Of a DNA stretch of 64,000 nucleotides, positions 40,579 to 52,233 are shown piece by piece. Positions within the stretch are counted from its first letter, which is position 1. Each line of letters opens with the position of its first letter. Location: NCBI GenBank assembly GCA_040954595.2, contig CM082586.2:1307124-1371123 (forward strand). Direction: 5' to 3'. Made by a program: the position numbers and the translations under genes. The notes beneath the pieces were generated by a model. It saw only the letters and a list, made by a program, of their open reading frames with translations. It made no database searches and was not told where the DNA came from. Source of the stretch: Balanoglossus misakiensis (lineage: Eukaryota > Animalia > Hemichordata).

Positions 40579-41237
40579 GATGTTAATGTGACCGTGACAT
40601 GGCTATATTACGCAAAATGTTCTCAGTACTTTAATAAACAAATCCGAACAATCGGTATTAATTACGTAAGAAGAGTTTACCATGATGTATTTTTACGGTC
40701 AAAGGTTGAAGCGCCCACTGGAGATTTTATCAACCACCTGTTGTGCACGTTTGATGATTTCTGTAACACGGCAGTTCAGTTTTGCTTGGTGTGGACTGAA
40801 ACAAGGTTACCTCTCGATTTAGACTGTGAACATGTCGCATGTGGGCGCACTATAAGAGAAATGGCAATCTGGGTAAATCATAACGAGTTGTATTTATTCT
40901 TGTATCATTTCAGAAGTAGATACCGTGTGTACAAGTTTTAGTTATTTTCTATTTTCTAATAATTTAGAAATGATATTCAATTATTGATTATTCCAAGCAC
41001 AACACTTAACTTCCCATCACACCACCAGTATTGTGCTTACTTGCCACCAAACAAATACGTCATATCAAACTAACTTGGAATGTGATATTAAAAAGTAACG
41101 GCGCGTTGTTTTCAACGATGTACACTACAGCTGTACCAATTCGCGCCTACTTTGGCTGGCAGTGCTAGGAAATGTGTCGTTTGGACCCATACACGCAGCC
41201 GCAGACGGGACGACACCCACTCTTTAAAAGTCAAGGA

Positions 41238-44200
41238 TCACGAATCACATTGTCCAACATGGAGCCGAATGGCACCTTTGTTATGTAAATCGATATACAT
41301 TCTAAACTCGGCAGGCATGTTATGGTGGAGTCTCTTCAGCTTCGCTGGGTTTAGCATGACTGCCTTTTTGTCAAAGTAGTGGTAGTAGAGTTGATTGCCT
41401 TCGGGGTCTTCTGAGAACGGCCAGTATCCATAGAGATGAACCTCTTCACAGAAGGCCATCGCAGCTGTGAAAACTATCAGGCCTGTTGTAGATGTGTAAA
41501 CCATGGGAGTAGGGAGTGAGAGAGGGAGGGGAGAGAGGGGGAAAGAGGGAGAGAGAGACAGAGGAATTATTGCATTGAGTTAAGGTAATGTAAAAAAGTC
41601 CAGCCATCACTACTTTTTTTGTTTTTATAACAAATTAAATGTAGAATCACTATAAGAACCATCTATCGCATAGAGAGAAATGATTACCTGTCGACATTTT
41701 CCGCGCTTTGATTGTATGTTTTTTCCAATACTCTCTCAGCAGAGTCAAGTGCTTCGGATTTGAAAAGACCACGTCTAGCGGTGTTGGTTTGAGAATGTCC
41801 TGCGCCCTGAAGGATAAGCCCGTACAAAAGGAGTAGGAGAAGGCGTGTGTGAAAACCGAAGCGTTGCCGTACTCTTGTGTCATGTGGTTTTTGAAGCGCC
41901 ATTTTCCTCTCTTGCCGAGATTGCTGTACCTACATTCGAGGAAATGTGGAGAAACTGATGAGTGAGCAATATAAGGTTTCAGGAGAACGCGATATGACCA
42001 TAGCGGCTTCCTTCAAGCTTGCAGTTCCCTTTCCACCTCCACCAATGGGAGAAGAGTAAACGATAACTTCATGGCTTCCGTTGATTTAGACTTACTTCTT
42101 TTTTAATATAGTTGGATTGCACGTGATCATACTTGTCTTGGAACCAACATCCATGGAATATCCCCGAACCTGCGCCAGATTAAATCTAAAATAAAGTGAA
42201 AAAAACATCACGTCAGATAAAAAGCTAGAGAATACTTGATAACCATTAGAAGTATTTTCACACACCCCTAAAAACACCCGATTCATTACAACAAGTTCTA
42301 AGAGTGTTGCCAATTGCCATGTTATAAAAAAGAACAATAATAACGTAGTAAGAGTAATCGCCAGTACAACGAGGGAAAGTTGATCTTGTGGCTTTGCTTG
42401 CCAACCATCCGTGTTGTTACCAGATGAGAAAACAGAAAAGCAGTCATGTGAGTACTAAGGGAACAACTCCATACCTGAAAACATAGTCGGCATCGTCTAT
42501 CGCCTTTCCACATCGGCTGTCCAGAAGAATACCACTGTTGCCCACCAAGCTGCATTTCTTCAACGACTTCTTTTCGAAAGGCATTTTCTGACAAGTTGAG
42601 AGAGTGTCAAACAGCAGATGTAAATCATGGCATTCAGTCATAAAATGACAGTTTAAAAACAGACGTTCTAAGATGGCTGAAAATCCACACGGCCAGGTGG
42701 TACATCATGAAGCAACTGAGCAGGATGGTCCATGTGTTTTGTATACTCACCTTGGGCAACCTGTTGTGTACTTTTGACGTCATTGTTAGTTTCTTCCGCC
42801 TTTCAGAATCATATCTGATGCTCTGGTTAAGTCGGACGTTATCTTGTGTGGTCAGAAACAGCCCGGATGAGTTGCACTTTTTTTCCAAAACTGACCTACA
42901 AAACACAAATTCCACACAGCAATTAACTCGCTGCCAAGAAATTCTACAAATAAGACGATGAATTATTATAACCCACCCCCTCTGGGTAGTCTCCTAGTAT
43001 TACGAAATCCTCTTCGTTGTCATAGTTATGGACTAGATGTATCTTATTCTGAGACATTTAGGGTAAGTCGTATTTGTCAAGATAGGACCACCGCTATTCC
43101 CTGGGGGCGCTATTCCAATCGCCATCTTGAAGCCTAAGGGCATACCGACCGATGGTTTTCGAACGGATGGTACACGTCATTGAATTCAAAGGACTCCTGA
43201 TTCCCAGCGCAGTTAATCCAGTGTTAGGCGCCTATTTAGATCCGATTATTAACAGAATAGGAACCACGGGTGTATATTTACAATGACAGGTGCGCTGGCA
43301 GTAGCCGTAGATAGAGTCAAACACAGTCCGAACTTATAAGACAGCCGAGAATTTTGTACTGATAGATTCATAAACTATTCTGTACACGTCCGAAGCAATT
43401 TAGTATATTGGGCCTGTTTGTTTAATTTCGCGAGCGGTCATTATTCTGAGCAGGGACGTATGAGAGTAATAAGACAGTGATTCCATAAATTATGGCTTCT
43501 TTAGTCGACGTTACGTAACATGAAATAAAGATACATTGTACTGAAAACGTCATCATTGTTGCACCTTGCGGGGAACGCCTGATATGTAGAGTCGCCATTG
43601 CGTAACCTCTTCACACGTGGTTGTAAAAAAATAATGGTGCAAACGGGTGGTTTATAATTAAATTACGAAAAGAAAATGAATGAAGCATAACGATGTTCCG
43701 CTTGTGTGAATCCACCTGCAAAGTCAATAATGAACGGTCGTGCGTCGAAACGTACGGGAAGATTTTAGACAGTCGAGTTTACCACGTTCCCTCTACCATG
43801 CTCTACAGACCACTCTACTGTTCTTAAAATCTCAACTATGGCCAGGCCAACAATATAAAACACGCACCTTAATTGATCCGCCGCTGTTGCGTTGAACCTC
43901 CAGTCTCTTCTTATGCTATTCCTCAGATCATCCAACGACTCAAACCCCGACAGAGCACCCCTGACGTTTTGAAATGTCGAATGTGGCACGGATCCGTTTG
44001 GTTCATTGAGTTTACCACCGATATCAGACGTGTTCTTTTGACAGGCAGTTGAATTCAAGAAAGTTGGGCAGCTTGACCCCTCTCCGGCATCGTAGACAAT
44101 AGAATCGTCTTCAAGAGGCATAGCCAACCCAGTGGCACTAACAGCGTTGAGAGGAGTAGTTACCTGGCGGGCGTCAGAGGTGTTCGTCACTCTTTTTCGA

Positions 44201-44310
44201 ATCATGGAACCAGGCCCTTCATAGAAACTTAAAAGCGTCACAAGCACCACGCAGTTCGTCACTCCGATTATGAACAGTACCAAGGTGAGCCTCGTCGTCC
44301 GGCTAAACAT
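41238..44310 (-). CDS. Alpha-2,8-sialyltransferase-like (GT29, ST8Sia), paralog A, 6 exons
   Basis: Type II TM; sialylmotif L [31 protein letters not shown], motif S [25 protein letters not shown], YHYFD, motif VS HNMPAEF, C-terminal LHVGQC. Confidence 0.9.
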
Positions 44311-44641
44311 GGCACCATGAGTCGTGAAGAACGTTCGCTATAGATTCCGCACCTGAAAGTAACGTGAAACCGTCGTTAATGTCTGTAGTCACCTGATTGA
44401 CCCTTAATAAAATATGGCCGTCGAACTTTGCGATTGTGTAACTTTTCTTGAGAAGAGCCCGGTCATATCAAAGTGGTACAGCAGATAATGGGATCTCCAT
44501 GAATGCCCGCATTGAATCAATCTCGAGTGTGTTTTGTATGCTGCAATTACAGTAATAAATTATTGCAATGCTGCCATAGGCACTGTATACTCGACAGCTA
44601 TCCACCGATCTCGGCATTGGCCGCGTTTGTTTGGTGAAAGT

Positions 44642-44676
44642 ATGGAGGTACTAGAGAGTCTCTCTAGTACCTCCAT
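44642..44676. mobile_element. Perfect palindrome flanked by a direct repeat (minimal TIR-only insertion)
   Basis: 17-bp arms ATGGAGGTACTAGAGAG / CTCTCTAGTACCTCCAT with a 1-nt loop; GGTGAAAGT at 44633-44641 and 44677-44685. Confidence 0.7.
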
Positions 44677-47254
44677 GGTGAAAGTGAACTCGAGTGTACT
44701 GTTCGTTCGTTTACTATGGACGTACCGTGATTCATCTGGTCCCCAATGGCATTGCTTGCTATCGAAAAAACACGCGTGTCTTAAGGCAGTAGGCCTACAG
44801 CTGTAGGCTAGAGTTCGTCACAGTAGTTTACATTGTCTTTTGCTACGTATTTCGCATTCTTTCTGAAGCAAAGCAGCGAGGCGAGACTTCTACTGTGCAT
44901 GCAACATCGGTTCTGTCTTCAAACAGACAGATGATTCATCCAAGGCCGGTGAGATCACAGATATCTTATCCGGAGCGAGGTGACATCTTATTTCCCCTGA
45001 TCAAGATATTACCACAACTGAGATTTCCTTCGCTATTATTAAAACAATTCAACTTGTCCGTCGCTTCCTGATTTTCGAAGAGACAATACCCTTTAATTTC
45101 CCTTTCTTGTTCGTGGGTTACGTAATCAAGGAGCTACTTTAAAGAATTAAGCAGTCACCAGCTGATCAAAGCATGGGTGACGCGGTGGACGGGTAGACAC
45201 CTCGGGCAGTTCACGACATGAAGTGTGTTTAGACGTAGACAGTGTGCATAGACCATGCTGACGGTTGCTAACGGAGAAATGACAATCACTGCGACGAATC
45301 AAATGAATAAAAATGCATATTGGTAATCTAACCTGTCAGGGAATTATACTTCACGGTGATAATGAAGAAATGAATTAATATCGTATTTTCATCCAGTGGC
45401 GAGCACAGAAGTCGCCAACTTTAATTCATGCCCAAACGTCATAACACGTAAATACTTCCTTAGTGTATTTTTGGGCAAAACTAACATGCGTCATAGGAAC
45501 ATTAACACGTTATGATGACTATTACCGAAAATAAGTATAATCTACTTCACCAGCGAATCGGTGGAACTTCTGACGCGGATGTCCTGTAGTGTTCAGTGTA
45601 ACAGTTGCAATAAATTAATTAATCTATCAACACACGATATGAATGTTTCGGGTTGCGTCATAATCCAAGAGTTAGGTCAGGTGTTTGCGTACTTGGCATT
45701 CTTATCAAACTTATCGCATATTAACCGGCCGCTAAATCTTGTTTCAACTTTTCTTTGAATATGGAATTCATGCCATGGGTCGTTACGAAACGTGAACAAA
45801 ATTGATCCGGAGGTCCGTTTTCTGTCACAGACTTGGACGCGCTCGTTGAATGTCGTGTTCCCCGGATGAGGAGAACAGACCGTTACCCAAAGGGTTCAAA
45901 TTTGTTGACAACGGATTATTTAGGACAATTTTCAAAACAATGAAAACGCAGTGTTTTAATTTTCTTTAAATGAGAAAGAAATCAGGGCAGCCTCTATCTA
46001 ACAAGTTTCTTTGTCAGTGGCATCATACTAAGAATGTGTTTTATAGCGGGATGGAATTTGACATCTCGTTGTCAAATTTCCAATTCTAAAATGTGACCCA
46101 TCCTCAATCCTCCGGCCCAACCCCTCGTTAAACTCTTTTAAGTTTCTTAAATATCTACGGTGAACATTTGTCAATTTTGCATCTAATTCCAAATACATAT
46201 ACTGGAAGAAATTCATTTAGACAAGATAAATTTGTGCGTAAAATAATTTTTGGGTGGAAATATTTAACCGAAATTAAAAGGAACAAATTCGGTTGAAATC
46301 GTGGTTTCCTTGGATATAGTAGTACAAATAGAAATTAACAAACGTTAAAAATCTGATGTCATTACCTGAAATGATGGTCCTCAGGCTCCCAGAGTTCACG
46401 TCCAAAACGTCACATCCGCACAACGCGTCCCTTTCATGGTTTTTCTAACGGAAAAGATGTGATGGTGTGCATCTTGGATTTGATGGCAGCAAGGTAAATC
46501 GGTGTGAATCTTGTAACCGCTTCGGACCGTATGTTCACCGAGGATACTAGTATCCGAATCTGTACCGTGGCAAAAATGGGGATGTTCGTGCACCTTTTAT
46601 CCGATTACGTCTGCGATACAGCGCAAGATAAGCAGACAGGCACATCGACAAGTGGCAGTTGTCCAAACACCACGGACTATGCCACGACCACGAGCTGCAA
46701 TTTAATCTGAAGAATGTTGCAGCGAATGTCTTGCGTAATCATTCTCGCACTGTTTTCAGGTCCAACAAAAACAGAGGGCGATGTCGCCATGACGGTAAAT
46801 GCTAATATTGACGCAACGGTAAACTGTTAGCCCGTGGATACCTTTTCTCTCCGTTGTAACACGTCGTGTGTCTACATGTACTCGAGAAGGTCGGTTCTGG
46901 CCTCTTACAAACTCTACGCTGGCTGCTTCTCCTCAGAGACCAGCTGAACAGGCTAGGCTTATATTATTAGCTTCAATTTACAGAGTGGTGTTCGAATTTG
47001 AGTGATAGCTGTTCGATTTAAGGGGGTTTCCGTGTGACATTATTTCCAAACGTTATCAACATTACAGCTGAATTACCTGTATCTATGACACAGCAGAATT
47101 TTTACTGCAAGATCATTTGTTTTAATGTCCAAACGTTTGATTCATTTTACCAATTTACAGGGTTTGAAAAAGGTCAATACAGTCTATTTGAAATTATTCA
47201 TAATTGGGACTGCCGTGCACACGTGACAGTGACGTGAGCAATCGTTGCTCACCA

Positions 47255-50097
47255 TTATCGGCAGTCACTTTTAGTCACGTGCAAACGAAGTATTCCTTTG
47301 TTGTGTAAAGATACCAGAAAGAGGAACTCTGCCGGCATCTGGTGCCATTTTTTCCTAACCTTCCAGAGCGGCAGCATGACCGCCTTCTTGTCGAAATAGT
47401 GAAAGTCGACCGGTATCCCTCGTGCGTTCTGTGGGTAGGGCCAAAACCCGTATACGTGTACCTCTTCGCATAAATGCATGGCATCCGTGATTAACATCAG
47501 TCCTGAAAAGAACACAGACTTGTGGTGAGAACTGCGGCGCTAGTCAGTTCTTTGGCGGGGGAGGGGGCACCATCTTTTGGTCATGCTCAATAGGGGGGTC
47601 TCCTTGTTCTGATCAGTGTGGGGACAATAATCGAATCCACGGTGCGTCAGTTAACAAAAAGTACTTGTCAAGCAACTTATTGCTAAAAAGGTTCAAATTT
47701 CCATCATCTAGAAGGGACACCCTAATCCTGACCACCCCGAAAATACAACTGTCGTCACTATCATCGATGATAATTACCAGTAGATATCCTGATGGCGTCA
47801 ATACCGTTCCTTTTCCAGAACGACCTGGCCAGTATGAAGTGGTCTGGGTGGGGAAACACTACGTCAATCTTCGTCTCTTTTAAAGTGTCTTGAGCCAGGA
47901 AAGCCAGTTCTGTGCAAAAGGGACTCGAAAATGCCGGGATCCAAAGCGCTGTTGTTCCGTACTCGTCGACCATATCCTCGATAAAATGTTTCTTCGATTC
48001 CGTAGTGTTGAGATTTGCGTATCTAGAAATAAAATTAAGGGAACTTGTGAGGTTCACGTGGCTATTTCATTCAAAATTACCCTTTTCTTTTTTTCGGAGA
48101 AACGGAGATTCTGGTGCATGCACGCTAAATTGGTCGGGTCAAAATCATTTGCGTATGCGTTGTGAAATTAAGATGACACCAACCTGTCTCGAATGACTGT
48201 GGGATTGCAAGTCATGAAATCCGTTCTGTTACCGACATCTTCTGCGTAATGTCTGACCTTTGCGAGGTTGAATCTGTTTTATGTAATGGAATAAAAGCAA
48301 GTTAGTTGTCATCTGGCAGGAGAAGTGGCCAATATATGATGGATTCACCGCCCGAGGGCGTACTACTACATGAGCCACTACATACAAAACCCTGTGGTAG
48401 ATGCCGATGATAAGTTACAATGACGGGAAAAGCAGATATTTATGGAAAAGAAATTCTTTTGAAGGAAAATTGCGCTCGTTTTTGAAAAAGCAATAAGGGA
48501 TCCCCTACCTAATTACAAAATCTGCAGAGTCAATAGACTTGCCACATCCGTTTCCGGTGACCAAACCACTATTACCTACAATGCTGCACTTCTTGAAATG
48601 TTGCTTTTCATAAGGCATATCCTACAATTAGGATGGGAGATGTATATTGATTACTACACCTAATGCATAAATACATATAACTCCCCCCCCCCCCCAGTCT
48701 CCCGAGGATGCAATATTTAATGGTACCGTATTATAAAATCCAATCTTACCTTGGGGAGTCTGCTGTGTATTGGAGGAGTGATATTTAGTTGTGCATGTGT
48801 GTTTGCTTCGTATCGAATAGTCGAGTTTTCCTTCACGTTTTTCTTTGTCACTAAGAACAGCCCTGCCGTGTTACAGTTTGTCTGCAACAGGGACCTGAAA
48901 TAAAAAAAAATGCCGTCAAGTACTTGACAATTTATCTCTCGATTGCACATCATGGACACGGGTATATAGAAACACCAAATACGCTAGCGGTGAAAATAAA
49001 CGTGAATAAATACTTCAATTGAAAACACGGAAAGAAAATAAAGATCAGGACTATCAGATAGAGTTAATGTTTAAATACCTGAACTCGTCCGCTGCAGATT
49101 TATTGAAGGACCAGGTTTGATTGATGCTCTCAAATACTTTAAACTGCGGATGTGAAGAGTAATACGACTTATGCTTAGTAATTTTCCACCCTGACTTTTC
49201 CTTGTGATTTGCCGCCAATCCAGAAACCTTCTTCAAATGATCCATTTTGCTAATGCCCACGTTAGATGCCCCGAGAGTGTGGTTTGTTCTGTTTTGGCTG
49301 AAAACATCGTTCACTCCGCTAGTAGCCATGCTCTCCCTGGTTAAGGTTTTGTTGTAAAGTTTCGACGGCTTTCCAAATCGGTTGCTGCATAGCGATGGAA
49401 GCAACTGGAAATCTGCATATCCCAGACTCAAATTCGTGAAACAGAGACTTCGGCGTTCGACGAGAACCGGATCGGCATGCCTTTGATTGAGCACGGAGAC
49501 CGCCGTCAGGTTTAATGAAGCCATCACAAGAAACACCGCTGCGACCAGCGCCCTCTTCAGTGCTTGACATCGAATGAGACATGTTACCTTTTCAATCTGA
49601 AAACAGAGCAAAACAAAAGATAAAGCTGATGGTTATTTTTGAAATTACAAGATGACTGGCTTCAGGCCTCTGAGAAATGTTGACTACAAAGATACAAACG
49701 AAAGTGTGGTCCTAAGAAGCAAAAAGCACGTGGTAGTAACAGCAATGTTAGTTATGCTGACGCCATATTGCTGTTCAGTGGACACAGCAACAGTCACGCC
49801 TTTTGAAAATCCATGACTATATCATATGTGAAAGTTGGCGAGTAAGACTCGCCGGCTAGAGCCCACATTGCAATGTATCATGAATGTGGTCTGCATGTTT
49901 AGGCCACGCTATTTCCCCCTTGCATTCGGTTTTGGACATAAAGATATGACGACCACAATATACCGCTCCAACATTGTTATACTGCATACATGTATGTGAC
50001 ATTACATTGGGTTTACATCGGTATCTGTAAAATTATCGAAAAGTATGGCTTTTGTTTCTTCATCATAATTGAATTAACCTACCCGTCTTATTCTCAT
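47255..50097 (-). CDS. Alpha-2,8-sialyltransferase-like, paralog B (start exon inferred)
   Basis: KKCSIVGNSG, ISTGLMLITDAMHLCEEVHVYGFWPY, FHYFD, HQMPAEF. TM exon 49596-49079; the in-frame start probably comes from a 15-nt coding segment at 50097-50083. Confidence 0.85.
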
Positions 50098-50577
50098 GGT
50101 TCATTACGATGTTTGACTGGACTCAATGAAAACAAACCTGAAAAAAATACACGTGGAAGGATGAGACCGTGCGCAAATATGTAAGCTTGGAATGGAACAA
50201 TATGTCTAGAATATTTGTTGTCTATACAATGGCCTATTTTTGTCAGACATGTCTCGATATTTGCACACCAGCGTATATAGTGACAACCCATGCTCACCTC
50301 AACTTTATCAGCAACTTGAACACCAAATATTGGCAGAGCTCAGGGAACATTTTCAGGTTCGGCAAGGACAGCCTGAAGACCGAACACGCCAGTGCTTTCG
50401 TGGGCAAACGGGCGACAACGTGGATCAGAACATCGGCCAAAGTTCAAAATTAACATGTTACATGTGAAACAGGTGGTCATCGATTTGCTGTTCATGTATG
50501 TTCATGAAGACAGCCTAGTTAAATCCAATATATTATGAAGTAATTACATGTATACTTCTGTCATTTTTTCATGTTAT

Positions 50578-50654
50578 TGAATGAATGAATGAATGAATGA
50601 ATGAATGAATGAATGAATGAATGAATGAATGAATGAATGAATGAATGAATGAAT
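50578..50654. repeat. (TGAA)n microsatellite, about 19 units
   Basis: Perfect tetranucleotide run in the spacer between divergent ST8Sia-B and -C. Confidence 0.95.
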
Positions 50655-52233
50655 TCGCCAACACCCATGTTAACGACCAGAATTTACATTACTCCCATGA
50701 CAGAACATACTGGCTATAAATAAAATTGCATTGACCGTCGAGTGTGTCGTCCGGATGTCTTTCACGAAACAACCACTAAATTTTCGCACGAGTACTTTTG
50801 TACACGCAAGGCGTCAGAAAACTTTTTAAAACTGCGTTTCACGACGGCTGCATTGTATATCTGACAAAGATACACACAGCGTCCGCTTTGTCAAGGACGG
50901 TCGAACCCTTTACATCAACATCGAGGTAAAAGGCAAAAGTTGCTTGGTGAATGCTGAAGAAATTCTGCCACACCTTCTGTAATTGTCAATGGTGGAATTG
51001 ACGCCATTATTCTCGCTGCAACCAAAGTATTGTGGAAACTTCATATACTTGTGTCTCCAATGAAAGGAATAGCCGCATGCCTGTCCTGTGAAATGTGTAT
51101 ACATAAACATTTTAGACGACAACATGGACGATTTTGTTGAAGACCAACGTTCCATGTGAGTAAAAAGTTTCAATACGTAAATCTTGTATTTTTGACGAAA
51201 CTGAGTTATGCGACTGTGTTGAAAAATGGCCATGTGTGTCTGTACGATTCCAAATTAAGGTTTTCAAACACCTTAACAAATCGGGTTAAACGAAGCGGAA
51301 AATGTTGATCTTTCAAGCTAAGACGATTGGGTGTATTTGTTTATGCCCATTGAATTCTTCTACTGTGCTCTGTATATACTCTCGCTGTGGACTAACAATC
51401 GCAGAACGACTTACAAATGTATGAGTGTCCCTAATATAGATTAAGAATAATACACCCAATGAATCCGAATTCACGATCAAGTGAACCTTCTTCTCGAAAG
51501 CCAGTGATCTAAATGTGGAGGCGTGACTAATTAAAGGTAGAATGTACCTTTAAAATCAAAGCCTTAAATTGATCCATCAACGGATTATTGAGACTGGATG
51601 CGAAATTCTGACGTTCTCTGGGATAGTCTTGAAAGTAGGTCACGATTGAGACGTGTTTTAGTGATGTCAGAGGACGTACCGTTTCATTCTTTAGCATTCA
51701 TACACACTTTTGTTGATATCTAGTCAGCCATGTAATGCCAGAGTTCTCCATGCCTATGCTGGCCCCACTCTAATTACGGGACTCGCCCTTCTTGAATAAA
51801 GAGAACTTCGTGAATCTGCTCATTGTGTCGTCATTCACAGAGGAATCTTCCACGACTATATTAGTTCAGTTTACATGTACTCACAGTGTTTTGTCCGTTG
51901 TTCGTGAAGAATGATATCCAAACGACCTCAGAGATCATGACAATGACACATGACTTACCCGGGCCGTCCCACTGCAGTTGAATTTGCACTAGCGCAGAGC
52001 ACGCCTTCGCGAAGACCTGTCTTAAACTCATTTTCTGTATTTTTCAGACTATCTGCGCCAACTTCATCGGAATGGAGGGATGACTTCCAGCGATTTAGTC
52101 GCCAACACAACATGCCGTCGCCTCCGTGTAAAATATCAGTGCATCGTCGTCATAGACTTACATCGAAACTTTTATGAAATAACACCGCGCTCTTTCCGTG
52201 CGTCGAGTATTTTTCCTTTATTCTTAAACCACC

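Noticed and set aside
41505-41565. GA-rich purine tract
   Set aside because: It is the polypyrimidine tract/simple repeat of the last ST8Sia-A intron on the minus strand.
44800-46960. Possible decayed transposon between ST8Sia-A and -B
   Set aside because: No matching termini or transposase/RT motifs could be confirmed by eye.
49319-49582. 87-aa alternative-frame ORF in the ST8Sia-B TM exon
   Set aside because: Out-of-frame overlap with no features; the upstream in-frame start explains the gene.
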